From positions 4,836,001 through 4,900,000 of the forward strand of contig JBLDXI010000009.1 in NCBI GenBank assembly GCA_047495785.1: a stretch of 64,000 nt of DNA. Direction: 5' to 3'. Shown piece after piece: positions 49,510 to 62,699 of the stretch. A program made the translations under genes and the position numbers. Each line of letters opens with the position of its first letter. The stretch's first letter is position 1. The DNA comes from Lepidodermella squamata. Its lineage: Eukaryota; Animalia; Gastrotricha. Under the pieces are notes generated by a model that was not told where the DNA came from, did no database searches, and saw only the letters and a list, made by a program, of their open reading frames with translations.

Positions 49510-50787
49510 AAGACTGACTTCGCTTAGAATTTTCAAATTTTACCCTCTAGTTTATTGATATTTCAACTCAAAAAATGAACATTCAAAAGCCTTGATTTGA
49601 GCTCCCGTTTGTGATTATTCTGTGTAAAGTCTTTCCCAAATTTGATGTAAATATGAGCCGGTTTGTTTTGGGAAAGAATAGGCCTCGATTACTCTCGCCT
49701 TTATTCTTGGCGATCAAATCACCCGTTAAACGTTTTGTTGGCAGCCAAACCCTCTCATCTTTCATCATTGGCTCTCGTTATTCGTTCAACGTTGTAAAGC
49801 TTGTAGATAATGTCTCAAAGCGTTAACCCTTTATGGATGTACATCTGTTACAAAAACCATGCAACCAATTTTTATACTGAAATTTTGATGAACACAAATT
49901 AAAACAAATGAAGAAATGTGTGGGAACCTTGCCAAATTTTCAAGCGGATTTCGACCATCGAATAGGATGGCTGTGTCTAACTTCGATTACATCGTAACGC
50001 GGAGCATGGAGCTTATCGATTATAAGTTGATGTAAAATTTAGTGCTTGAACTTGTTATTTTCTCTACCAATAAGCCTGTCAATCAAAGATCCCACCTTTC
50101 GACCCAAATATGGATATCGTCGCTCGTCGCAAGCAGACAAAAACAAAAACAACAAAATATGGAAATTGTTATACAAATGCACTAAAAGATCGGAATATTT
50201 TCTTTTATTTTGCAATTGCTCATCTCGCAGACCCATTTATCAGAAAAAATATATTGTATCATTTGTTTGAAAATTCACAATTTTAGTCATCTACACTCGC
50301 AAGCAGCAGCAACATTAAACCAATCGATTTTTCATAAATTCAGCAAAAATATATAGCATTAGAGTATTTTATACAATTTCAAATCTATTTACACAGATAA
50401 ATTGCACATAATTAAACAACGATTTTCCATCACAGATTGCAGGAGCATCACATTAGAAAATAGAATTATTATACGGATCTTAACAAAAGAAATCGATTTG
50501 TATACGAAGTGTAGGAAGTATCGCAAGCTAAATCCGATGCGTAAGACGAATCGATGGGCAGCCTCCCTTCCTATAATAATTTGCAAGGTGTTTATTGCAC
50601 GTGATGCAGTTAGACACTGCTCTAAAGTGGGTGACCATTAATCATTAATGAGAACTAAGTATTAAGCAAGAGGCGCAGTGCTAGACACGTAAACAAGATT
50701 CTTAATTGGTATCGCTTCTGAGGGCAGAAACCTAGGTACAAAAGGAGGAGCAAAAGAGCGAGCTGAAAAACGAAACAAAGAAAATCA

Positions 50788-53717
50788 CTAAACGTCTAAC
50801 AGGGTGTCTGGTTTTTCAGCTTCAACGGGAGGAGTAGGTGCCCGAGGCGTGTTCGATTTCGGCGTCGACGGTGCAGTCGGAGAGACGCGGCTAGCAGACC
50901 GGTTAGACATAGGCCGCGCTTTGTATTGCTTCTGGGTACCGGAGTTGCCGGTAGACTCACTCTTATGCTCACCGGATATTGGCATAACCATTGTCACTTC
51001 ACGCTGGGGATGGCCTTTCGGATTAGCCGTGCTCGGCCTAACCTGCGGCCTGTCTTTCCTGTAACAATTTTCAAAACATCTTGGATGAAAGCTGATTTAT
51101 CCAAAATTAACTCACTTGATGAGTAGGACAGCGACTCCAACAGCAACAATAATAACAATCATAGCAGCAAGGACAATAAGGAGGATACCCCACCATGGGA
51201 CTGAGGACATGGTCATCGAATTCGAATCTGAATTTCCGCCTTTCTGAGTATTCGCATATGGATTGTAAACATTAGGATCAATTTGGGCTTGTGGTGCAGT
51301 AACTTCTATCCTTGGCTGGACAGTCACTCCACTCAATAGTTCGCAATCTATCTCAAGGTCGTACTGAGAGCTGTAGACATACATTCCCATACTATTACGG
51401 CCGTCGTCGTTGCTCCTAGGGACAGGGCGGGATGATGGTTGCGTGCCCCAAGGATCGCGTTGCCAGCATTCGATATCAACCGTGAGGTTATTATTCCCCA
51501 ACCGGCCAATCCAAGTGATGTTTCGGCAAGTTGCTGGGCATAACGCAGCTGGAGGTTTCGTGATGATTGGCAGCCTCTTGGTAGTTATCTTCACCATCAA
51601 AGGTGTCGAAGTTTGACTTGACGATGTAGTTGTAGTGGGGGTGCTTGTACTTGTGCTAGTAGTCGTAGAGGTGGTGGTTGTTGAAGTGCTTGTAGTAGTT
51701 GGAGTAGTGGTTGAAGTCGACGTTGAAGTTGAAGTGCTCGGGGTGGTTGTTGTAGAAGTTGTTGACGTTGAGGTGGTTGTAGTAGGGCTCGTAGCCGCTT
51801 CCGTTCTAGTAGTTGTCGTAGGTTCAGTTGTGGTCGTAGTTGATGTCGTAGTAGTCGGCCGAGTTGTGGTGGTCGGCTCTGAAAGAGAAAAATACCCAAT
51901 GAAATTCAGTCAAGAAATCCTATTAAGCTTTAAGCGGTTTCATCACACGATTTAAGGGAAGCATTATAGGGTTAGAGCGTGAAGCATCGGGATTGAGGCG
52001 AGAGGGGGGTAGCAGGACGTTTCCAGGGGAGTGAAAGAACCTTCAGTAGTGGTGGTGGTAGTAGTAGAAGTGGTAGTTGTGGGCGTGGTAGTAGTAGTAG
52101 TAGTAGAAGTTGAAGTAGAAGTAGAAGTGCTAGTAGAAGTGCTAGTACTAGGGGTGGTAGTCGTACTTGTAGTAGTAGTAGGAGTTGAAGTGGTGGTAGT
52201 ACTGGTACTGGTACTGGTACTTGTACTTGTGCTGGTGGAGGTGGAGGTAGTCGTAGTACGCTCAGGGGTCGTAGTCGTTGTTTCTTCCTCCCAAACTGGG
52301 TAATCAATCGGAGGGGCTGTTTCAACCACTGCTTAGTTAAAATAGCATCAAATTAGGATCAAACCACCACGTGAAAAAATGTAAAAACACTCAAAATGAT
52401 CAGCTTACCCGGGACATCGGTAGCCACAACCGGTTTTTGAGTGGTCACGTCCACTAATGGTAGCGGGAACACTTCGGGCGGTCTTTCAGCCTTAATGTTA
52501 GGCCAGTAGTCGATCGTAGGGGCAATTGTTGAACTTGCACCTGGTGCCAAGCCAGAGCAAATGAAGCGATTGGTGACATCTGCCAAAGAATCGCATTTCT
52601 TTGACTTCCAACCGTAATTCCCATCTGAGTTCACAATCAAACCAACACAAGGATTCGCATCAGGTAGATTAGGTCCGTCAGACGATAGCCAGCCATTGAA
52701 TGTATTAACAGCCCCATCTGAGAAGTACCAGTCACGATTCGTAGCCCCAATCCAGGCTTGTTCGATATTTCCAGACGATGCGAATAGAAGAGCATTGATC
52801 GTATCCTGTCGGTCCAAGCTTTCAATCGAAGCTAATCGGCCGCCATTTCTTTTACAAAATCGATCCGCCTCCGGCCAGGTGAGTTGAGGAGTCGAATATA
52901 GGCTGAAGCAAGCATTCCGGCTGCAAGTCATAGTTTCAACCCCTTGGTCTGTCGCGTTGTTGATCAGCTCGAAGCGGCAGAAAAAGGGCAAGGCGAGATT
53001 ACAACTGGTATCAACCCAAAAGTTGTCGATCTTGTCAATTTGAATCGCGGCGCAACTTCCGCCAACTGTTGGCCGACCAGGTTTCCAGTTGTCGAAAACT
53101 TCCTCAGCCGTAGAGAAGATGTTGCTCGAAAATATATTTCCGCAGAGTTGCTCCTCAGAGCCAGAACACGGCATGGAGCAGTTGGAGTTGGGTTGCCGCC
53201 ACGTGTAGTTCTGAGAACAGTAGCATAGCGATCCAGCTTGGACTGCCGCGTACAAATTGCGAGATTTCGCACAGAAGTCGATGCATTTATCAATGGTCAT
53301 TGTGGCTAGGAACTTGCTTCTCATCCCCGACCGTTCGTCATAAGCATTTTCATTACAACCCTGGCCTCGAACTAGAGTGTGATCAGCGATCCACTTCCAG
53401 GCAGATTTTTTGTACCGCAACCCGATCAGAGCGTTGTTCCAAGATAGGATTGTCATAGTCCCAGCGAGAAATTGTTGCTCGTCAGAGGTTTTCGCCGTAG
53501 CCAGGTGTTTTCCGCGAGATGTACAGTAAGACTCGGCTTCGTCGTAAGTCAACTCAGGCATACCCTCCATAGGCTCGCCCCTGTCGATGAATTCATAGCA
53601 ATGAGTGCCAAATAACTGCTCGATGTTAGGATCAGCGCATTGCAAATCTTGACCGAGGGCTGTGGGTTGTAAGAAAATTGCGAGGAACCCAAGGAGTAAC
53701 CACCGTCCTGACCTCAT
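50788..53717 (-). CDS. CTLD(WSC-inserted)-CTLD mucin-stalk membrane lectin D (exons 53717-52409, 52328-52041, 51878-51116, 51058-50788)
   Basis: Signal MRSGRWLLLGFLAIFLQPTALG; same domain order; T/S stalk; TM PWWGILLIV; Pro/Ser tail ending TLLDV. Confidence 0.87.
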
Positions 53718-56005
53718 TTGTGGGTGGTCAAGACGTTGGTAATCACGGTTGAGCTTTGAGCGAATACCGCGGGTTAAACAGGATGCCGTGAAGCGTTTGA
53801 TCATAAATTGATCGAGAAGATACTAAAATTTGATAAAATCGACTAAAATTCTAGTCGCTTGTCGAGCTTTCAGCCCAGAATACTTTTCTAAATTAAGGAC
53901 AAGAGTAAATCATATTGAGATATACAAAAATTTAGAAAATATTGCTGACCTAATAAATGGGTTCAAACGGAAAAGGAAGAATAATTTTTTAGCACTTTTA
54001 AATTAGTCTGGCCAGTTAGATCAGGGACTGGCATTTTTTTCATAAAATTGACAAAAAAATCAAAAAATGCCGGCAGTGAAATCATTTGAGAGATAAAGGC
54101 CTTTTGTTTTAGCGCTAAACTGGACACGAATGTACAGTATGTAGCTATAGCTGCTTTGGTGTGCCCATCGAACTTCATCGTCATTTGTGTTTATCACCCG
54201 GCGCTTGGCAACACCGCTGCGACCATGCACCAGATGATAACACATGCGCTTCGGTCGATTTTTTGGGCGCGCGCCGCTATGCATCAGCTGCATTGTATTT
54301 ACGCGCCCTCGCCAAGTTACCGTTTTCGTTCGATTTTCGCTGCGAGCCGCGAATAAAAACCCAAGTTGCGGCCTCACGTGCACATCGACTCGAATTGTTG
54401 GGGAGCAGTGACATTAATAGATCGTGGCTGCTTTACGTCGTTTTATTTATGAGCCGGGCCATAGCCGTGTGTTTTGCTTTTCGAGCGCCATGCTGGCTCA
54501 CAACAACTTGGTGTGCTGCGTACCTAATAGCGCATCAATACTCGCGTTGGCGCGAAATCGTTTCACCGCGAGCGAAATTAATATTGCATCTGCAACGCAT
54601 CGGCTTTTGTTAGAAAAGCAGGTGGCCTTTTATTGCGAGTCATTTACAAGTCTCGATCGTTTCAATTGGTCGATAATCCCGGCTAATAATACATAGATAT
54701 CGTTCAATCCGTGAGAGTACCTCAGCATTCAGCATTGAATTGAACTGTCCCCGAAAGAGACAGGAAATACAGTACGTTTCAAAATTATATGACCAACACT
54801 TCCATGTTTGCGCGCACTAGCACACAAACATACCGGTTTTATTGCTACCCCATAAAAATGGCATGATTGCAGTCTCTTAACTTTGTTTAGTGAAGGGCTC
54901 ATTAGCGTTTTTTTCTCTCTCATTAAGAAACGAATGAAAATAAGCGGCTTTATACGCCATGATTAAATTTGCCTAAATTGAATTTTCGTTTCGAATTGCC
55001 GCATGATGCGAAAATAGTCTCGAAATTTTACAAAATAATCGCATAAATGTTGGAACCAAAAGTGAGCTCCTCAGAATTTTTTGAAGTCGGCGTTGAAGGC
55101 AGGCTAAGGAATCAAATGCTTATCAGGCTTGCGAGATCGCGCTACGAATCGGCAACAAAAGTTAATTACATAGCTGAATTGTACCCGCTATCTCTGAATT
55201 TTACGGAATCATTGTCGGAAACAGCTCTACTCAAAACAAATTTCAAGAAAATTCTCGCGATTTGCCGTAAATGCAATACGGCGTATTTGTGACCTGATTA
55301 GCGTGATAGCAATAAAAACTTTGTGAACATGGTGAATATGCTGCACACAAGAAAAAAATCTCGCCAAACAAGGATGTACTGGTCATATAATTCTGAAACG
55401 CACTGTACATACTGCGAATGAGCAACGCCGACCCGTTTGCCGATTGAATAAGTTTTAGAATTAAGGAATAAGTTTGCATAATGAATATAAGAAGTAAACC
55501 GCAGATGATAAGTGAAACCGCTTGCTGGTTTCGTAACTTGTCATAGTGCTGAATGTTTCGATGCATAAGCGAATCTTCAATCCGCTATCATGGTCCATGA
55601 ACTTACCGAATAACAGTGTCATTCTGGGCAAAAACGCGTTTTGTATTTGCAATATGATGTCGTATATACTTCGTTGATGTCAGTTTAGCAGTGTCTACCA
55701 GCATAATAGGGGCCTGCTGTAGCTTTCACACGCTTTTTAATGAAGTGAAACAAGTCATCTTCGCATTGAACAGCAACAACGAGTAAGTTGCACATTTATA
55801 CGTCAGTTTTGAACTGGGCTTGGAAGGTTGAAACGAACACGTTTATTAAAGAAGGAACAGTTTACAGTTTGAAAAATTGGAACCGGTAGAAGAATGAATC
55901 GTCGGAAATGTATATTTAGGCGATTCCACGCGGTTTGGAGGAAGTTATTGTATGCTATCAATCCCTTGTGTCAACAAATTGATAAGGCAGCTCTGCATTC
56001 ACAAT

Positions 56006-56260
56006 TCACACGTACAGGTTTCCGAATGGTCCAATTTTATCGGCGAATGACCCAACATTTTCGTTATTCGGCCGCATAAGTACTGATCCAAGTTCTCCAG
56101 CGCCGTCAAATTTCGACGTTGCAGCATGACTTTGATGCTTTCTCAGAATATCGCCTATTCTGAGACGAATTCGAAGTGGAAGTTTCTGGCCTGATGATGA
56201 GGCAGCCATAGTCGAAAGCAGCAGTAGTAATGCTGATAGTAAGGCTTGGAATTTGTTCAT
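56006..56260 (-). CDS. Small secreted Cys-free protein, paralog 1
   Basis: Signal MNKFQALLSALLLLLSTMAA; KLPLRIRLRIGDILRK; duplicate at 57474-57728. Confidence 0.8.
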   Translation of the reverse strand: MNKFQALLSALLLLLSTMAASSSGQKLPLRIRLRIGDILRKHQSHAATSKFDGAGELGSVLMRPNNENVGSFADKIGPFGNLYV

Positions 56261-57149
56261 ATTCCAACGCCTAATTTGCAGGATAATCTATTATTTCACC
56301 GATACAATTACTTAAATGCCAGTATTTATCCTTAGAATAAGGAAAAAAGTAAATTACAATGATCCCGCGCACAAATAAGAGCTATGTTTTCATTCGAAAA
56401 TACATTTATGGAGGCTATTTTTGTGAGCCCTACGCTCAACTTCATTTGCGCTTAATTCCGTCTTCCGCTTTCTTTCCTCCAAGTGTAATCAATAGCAATC
56501 AATATTGTCGTAGTTTAAACCGGGTGTCGGACGACAGTGGGCGGTTTAATTGCTTGCCTGCGTAACTCCTAGAAAGTTAGAACAAACATGGCTAAGACAT
56601 CATTGCCAAAGTGCAGCTAAATTTTAGCATCAGCTATAATCGATTATTCATGTTTTCCAGAGGTGAAACGCGGTTAAATTTAGTTTTATCCAGAGAACAA
56701 ACTGAATACTGCTGAGTAAACATAGCGAGCTGAACAAGAGAATCATTGGTGGAATTCAAGGGTGACATACCCTACATTTAAATATGTACCATCTTCTCGC
56801 GTTGGTACGAGACAGTGCGAGACAAGTGCAAGATGAGTGCAGCCTGACCCGCCAGAACTAAGGACCGATCCCGCAGCCCACCAGCACCACCGAAAACCCT
56901 CTCTCGTACTGACATTTCAATGCGGGATAATTGAAAATGATGCGGAAGCTGAGTATGGATATAGTGCGGGACATTGGGATCTAATCCGGGAAACACTCGC
57001 GATTCCGCGAAAGCTCATCTCGCATTTTATCAGGTGAGGAACAACCCCATGCGTGAACATGGTGCAAGGGCTGGGCCTGAATTCTGGGAATTCCAAAGTG
57101 CATTAATTAGAGTATTTCACAGCCAAGAATTCAGACCGGAGTTAGAAGA

Positions 57150-57169
57150 CCTAACCCTAACCCTAACCC
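57150..57169. repeat. Short interstitial (CCCTAA)n telomere-like tract
   Basis: cctaaccctaaccctaaccc. Confidence 0.5.
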
Positions 57170-57473
57170 GGAATTCAGCGGTAGGTGTCAAAGTATGGGT
57201 AGTTAAAAACTCTGAAATTTATTCATGAAGTATTCCGAATACTTATATATAGCAAGCGTAATAAAAATACAATAAAAGAACGCCTCAATGTCAATATAGG
57301 CTATAAATGTCGAGAAGTGATTTTCAGTTAATAAATTTAAAAGATTCAAAGTAGGAATGGCAGAACATAAGTCGGAAAAAATCGCATTGATGCAATTTTC
57401 AAGGAAAGCCTGCATATTTTCCAGCCCTTGTATCAGTTTTAATAATAAAAACAGCTCTGAATTCTCAAGTCAA

Positions 57474-57728
57474 TTAGAGGCTTCCGGACGGTCCGAATTC
57501 GTCGAATGTCCCAATGTTCTCGTCATTCGATCGCATGATCACTGCTCCAACATCTCCAGCGCCATCGAATTTCGACTCCCGATTTGCGGCAGCACCTTGA
57601 TTCTTATTCCTCAGAATATCACCAATTCGAAGCCGAATTCGAACTGGAAGTTTATTGCCAGAGGATGAGGCAGCCAGAGTTGAAAGCAGTAGCATTACAG
57701 CTAATAACACAGCTTGAAATTTGTTCAT
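57474..57728 (-). CDS. Small secreted Cys-free protein, paralog 2
   Basis: MNKFQAVLLAVMLLLSTLAA...KLPVRIRLRIGDILR; shares upstream and 3' flanking sequence with paralog 1. Confidence 0.8.
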   Translation of the reverse strand: MNKFQAVLLAVMLLLSTLAASSSGNKLPVRIRLRIGDILRNKNQGAAANRESKFDGAGDVGAVIMRSNDENIGTFDEFGPSGSL

Positions 57729-58722
57729 GCTTCAGCCTTTCGAGAGAATCTATGATTTTACCGGCAAAATTACTTTAATGCTAGTATTTATTCGCAGAAT
57801 ATGCAACTAAACCTAAATTACAATTATCCACACATGTTCCGCGTCGGAAATAAAATTGCACTAATTCCCGTCTCAGCTTTTTGTCCAAGTTCAATCAATA
57901 GAAATGTTATGCCGTAATTTGACCGCGTGGGCGGTTTAATTGCTTGCCTGCCTCGAAGTCCCAGAGTGTCAGAGCGAACAGGTTCAAAGCTTCCAAGATT
58001 GGGACCGAATTATATCGTTAGCGTCGTTGAATAACTCAGATTTAGGCTTGTTTACATCATGATTTTCAAGGTGATAGGTGACAAGTAAAAAGTCTTTTGT
58101 TTTTGTCTCTCAATTCACCTTAAAAGCCTCTTTTTACTTGTCACCCGTGACCTTGAAAAGGATGGAAACAAGCCTAAATCCGTGTGTTTCAACGACGCTA
58201 ACGATATCAGCAGCTATAATCGATTTTGGAGAGGGTTGTCACGTGCTCTCTGCCCTTTTCATCATTAACTGCTAGCTCAGCGCTCGTTCGAGCAATAGCG
58301 CGTGTCGCCATAATCTGTTACCGATCTTCGCGATATAACAGTAAATTGTAGCTCACCGACATGTTTATCCGTGTTTTAGATAGATATAGATTTTAGATAC
58401 CCTCAGTTTCACATTTCTAACGTTGGGAAACTTACCAAGCAGAGTTCAATCTGCTTCTGGACGATTCGAGGTTTTTCTCTTTTCATTAGCAACAGATTAT
58501 ACTGTTTAGAGTTTAGAGCGAGGAGAACAAAGTACCCACATCTAAAGTGCAATAAATCAGATTCATTGATTGAATAGAAATTATGTTGCTCAGAGCGATA
58601 TGCAAATATCGACCAGCAAATTCTGACGCAAGCCAATCGAGGTCGGAATTTATTTTAGAGTGCTATCACGGACTCTAATATGAACTCTAACATTAGAACG
58701 GATTCTAACATGAAGTGGGATA

Positions 58723-59264
58723 TCAAACAGGAGGGACTGGAATATCGCAGCTGATAGTTGTAATCTCTCTCACAAACATCGGGTGCACCTTGAAACGACC
58801 AGATTTCGGGTGCTTTAAAAAATTGCTAAAAAGTATCTGGGGTAACGTAACATAGCCAGGCCGTTGTGGAGCCAATTGAGCTACATCTTCACCAATATCG
58901 GAATGCCAGTTGATTGATATCAAATGTTCGTTTCTTTGCTGTAGTTTAGCCAGCAAATCAGTTTGTCTTTGTAACTGCTTCGTTTGTTCTTGTCGTTGCT
59001 TCCTAAGGCAAAATCGAACGTAAAAACTCTGGGCTTAGTTTCAGGAGAAAATTCTCACCTAATATGCAAACCTAAAACTAAACCTGAAATTGCACCCATA
59101 ACAGCCAGTATTGTGAATGTGATAACTACTATAGTCCAGTCCTCCAGGTCGAGTTTGTAGTGCTCAACGTATAAACTGCTGGTCGCGTCCATCGGAGCAA
59201 CAGTTGTTGTATGGCTGGGAACAGTTCCGGACATTTCGAAAAAATGTAACGAAGCTCTAGCCAT
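58723..59264 (-). CDS. Small single-pass membrane protein (exons ~59264-59059, 59002-58723; start uncertain)
   Basis: TM WTIVVITFTILAVMGAISGLVLGL, phase-2 intron, then RKQRQEQTKQ...APQRPGY; resembles the neighbouring gene. Confidence 0.6.
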
Positions 59265-59549
59265 CGTGATTAATAAGTGGTTCGCGTACTCTGTCGCGAT
59301 TTGTATATTGTAACTACGAGCTGTGTAATGAGAAGTATTGATCACTCAAAACAATCCATGTTTTTACAAAGGCGCGATAATGTCTGGTCACAAGGCTGTT
59401 TTTTTAGACGTGGTAACTCGGATACGATGACGTTCAAACGACGTAAACATGTTTTTTATTCATCAGCTGATCACCGTTACTTATAACCTGAATTTTTCCA
59501 ACAGAACGGGCAAGAAAACATGATCAGGTTTGGAAGCCATTGCTAGGAA

Positions 59550-60374
59550 CTAAGACGTGCGTTCCGTTTCCGGCCTGTTATGACTTGATGGGGTCGGCAA
59601 GTGCTCGGGTGTTATCGCTATGCTTGGCGCGCCTTTTTCACTGCCGTATAGGCTTGATCTTCTGACGTTGTCTTGGCTTGAACGGCTGACAGCTGACAAC
59701 TCCCTTCTAGCAGCCATGTCTGGTGTCAGGAAAGGGTCGCCACTACCCCGCCTCGATACTACATCACTCGGTGCGCCGAGATTTAGCGTCTCGGGGTGAA
59801 CTTGAGGGTGACCAAAAGCGGGCGCAGATGGGTATGGCAACGGTGGTGCCGACGGGTATGGCGGCGGCGGGTCCGGATAGGCTGGATAGCCGGGTAACTG
59901 CGGGTCGCAAACACTCCGCCGCTGGCCTATTTGCCGCTGCTCATCGATGCGCTTCATTTCATCCGAATGCTGCTTCAACTCTTGCTCCCTCTGCTTCTTT
60001 CTAAATTAGCAATCAACTTGGGCTTCACATATTTGCCATAGCATTTTAACAAACCTCTTCAGGTAATAGATGAGAGCGTATCCACCGCCGCCAATCGCGA
60101 GAACGAGGGCCATAATGATCAACAGAATTGCCCACCAGGCTAGGCTTGAGTCTGAATCGTCTGAATCGCTAGAGTTCCTCGAGCCAGATCCCCTGTTCAT
60201 CGCCACAACTAAAGATGAATAAAATCATCAAAAACTGATCAATTTTAGGCCAAATCGGATCGAATTTCGATCAGACATTTTTTGCTCAAATTTTGATCAA
60301 AACTAGAACGCTTTGAAACACAGAGAGATAAAGCTTAAATCAAACTTACGAACTCCAGCGCCGCCAGCTCCCAT
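59550..60374 (-). CDS. Small single-pass membrane protein with PPxY/PSAP motifs (exons 60374-60350, 60208-60055, 60000-59550)
   Basis: MGAGGAGVLVAMNRGSG...SLAWWAILLIIMALVLAIGGGGYALIYYLKRKKQREQE...DPPPPYPSAPPLPYPSAP; canonical splice sites in frame. Confidence 0.75.
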
Positions 60375-62699
60375 TTCTTCAGTTTATTTTTTCTAATCAA
60401 ATTCAAAATTCACTTAATTAAAAATTGAGTTCAATACAAAAACATCCTCAACGGTGTCAACAGGCTGATAATTTATGGTAAAACCTTCGCTGTTTGAAAT
60501 AAAAGTATGATGCACTTTGCAATGACAATAGCTTAATGGAAAACGCCCTGCTGAATAATTGATTGAACAAGAGAAACAAGAGGTTGCGTAGGCCTTATCA
60601 ATCGATTCTAGCCTCGCAGCCTAGGCTGTTAAAGGTTTTTTATTGTTGCAGTACAAGCGCTTGGTAACTAATTGGACAAGTTTGAGTTGACAATAAAAGT
60701 TTGATGACGGTGAGTTTTAAATAGTTTTACCTCTCGAGGGTTTTATCAATTTGTCTGTGTTTTCAAGGCATCGCAATGAAACTGAAAAAGAGTTATTAAT
60801 TGAATACGACACACCAGAAAGTGAGAAGACGCAGAAATGTGACGATCTGAAAGCGTCTTGTGTGCTAAGTGTTTATTCATTGAATCACGGATTGTAAATA
60901 AGTAGGGCGAGCAGAACGTGTTTCTGCGGCTGGGAGCAAATATTTTTTCAAATAGTCACCGACCTGTGGTGGCTATTTTTGCGACAATTTTTCAGCAGCT
61001 GAGGGCAGTGCCCTTGTGGCTACACAAAAGTCAATGATGTTATTGATCAATTGTCGCAGCATCGGAAAAATTGATAGACTTAGCTTACCTAATGTCGGTG
61101 TTGTTTTTCATTTGAGGACACGCCCAGTCCTTTTTATACTCATACCGCAATGCAATTTTGTTTATTGTTCCTGCCGTTGTTTGTCATTGTTGGTATGACG
61201 TAGCACTATTTTCGCTGAGCGCCATTGCTAAAGTGAAATGACTCATCCTGTTGCGGTATTTGTGATAACTCGCCGCATTTCGTGCCTTTAGACGTTTCCT
61301 GGGTCTGCCAGGCGTGACCTTAAGACATGCACTTTTCGGGACACGCGATTCTCCTTAACGTGACGAAAATATGCGAAATTTCGCCCGCGGCAAAACCTCT
61401 CACAACTCCCTGTTTTTCTGATAAGCCGACAGCTTCCCGTTATCCATTCATTTACTAAACAGTTTGGATTATTACGCGGCTCAAGCGAAAGAGTAGGACC
61501 AAGATTTCAGCAGCTGCTTACTTCAGCAATTTCACTTGGTCATCATAAACATCGCTTGAGAATAGTTTTACAATTATTCCTGATTCCGTATCGTGAATGG
61601 CGCAACGTTTAGCAGCGAAGAATGTTTTACTCCAGCCAAGTTTCAGCGAAATTTACTATCTTGTATCCCTTGTACTCCCTCGCTGTGTTTACGTGCCTGT
61701 CTGCTTTCGATAAATCATCCATCACCCCGCCCACTTGTGTCCACAGCGCACTGCCGTCGGCAAGCGCATATAATCTCGCGACCCCGCGTCATTGATATCT
61801 TTACTTATTTTGTCTCCCCTGTTTATGTGATATCAATGAACAATAAATATTTGAATTTAGATTTAGTATATGATTCTTAAGCTATGATTCTTTACCAGAT
61901 TAAAACAATTAATGTTTTTTGTTTACATGGATATTTTGTGTAGCTTCGCATGCTGCATAGCCAAATTTCTCCCCATATAACTTAAAACATGCTACAATCA
62001 GTTGCTGTGATTGGAGACCATACTTTTTTATGTGCAATTTGCGATTTTTTTCTAAAGTTACATTAATTTAAACTATAAAATACCATTTAGCCCTCTATTA
62101 TAAACTGAACTCATTTCTTAGCTTCGTATAAATCGCTTCGTATATTATCTAAATTTGTGTATTCATTGTTTCCCGTTTATTTCGCGATTTCATAAGCCAA
62201 ATAAAAGACAGTCCTCTGATACACCGTAAGTTTAGGTGAATATCCCATTTCCCTAAAATCTGAAATCGAGACCGTTCGCTTGAGAAGGGAATAACATGTT
62301 GTTATGGTTTGGCTAACGTCCTGAGGTACCCTTAACTTACCTCCTTCTTCGATTGTGACTTTTTTCCTATCAACTTTTTTGTCTCAACTTATAATCCTGG
62401 GTTCAAATAATTTGCGGCGGCAGTTACAAGGTTCGAATCCTTGGAAATCCTTGATAATCGGAACCGAATTTCGCTCTGCCTTCTTGACTGGACACTGGAC
62501 CACAACTAATATACATCTACCGCAAACTGTTTTACTGATCTGTTGTAGTGCCGGACATTTTCCTTATCATCTTCATCTTTCCGAATATTCAAGAATAGTT
62601 AACTCCGCGATCCATTTATTTTCAACTAACTAAACAGGTCCGTTATCACCCTAGAAGAGGAGAGGGGTTCCTAAAATAAATAATCGTGAAGCACTATTT

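Noticed and set aside
35492-52303. Poly-Val ORFs (35492-35806, 48299-48622, 51635-51955, 52031-52303)
   Set aside because: Antisense shadows of Thr-rich mucin stalks
57150-57169. True telomere or chromosome fusion site
   Set aside because: Only about three units; more likely part of a small repeat element
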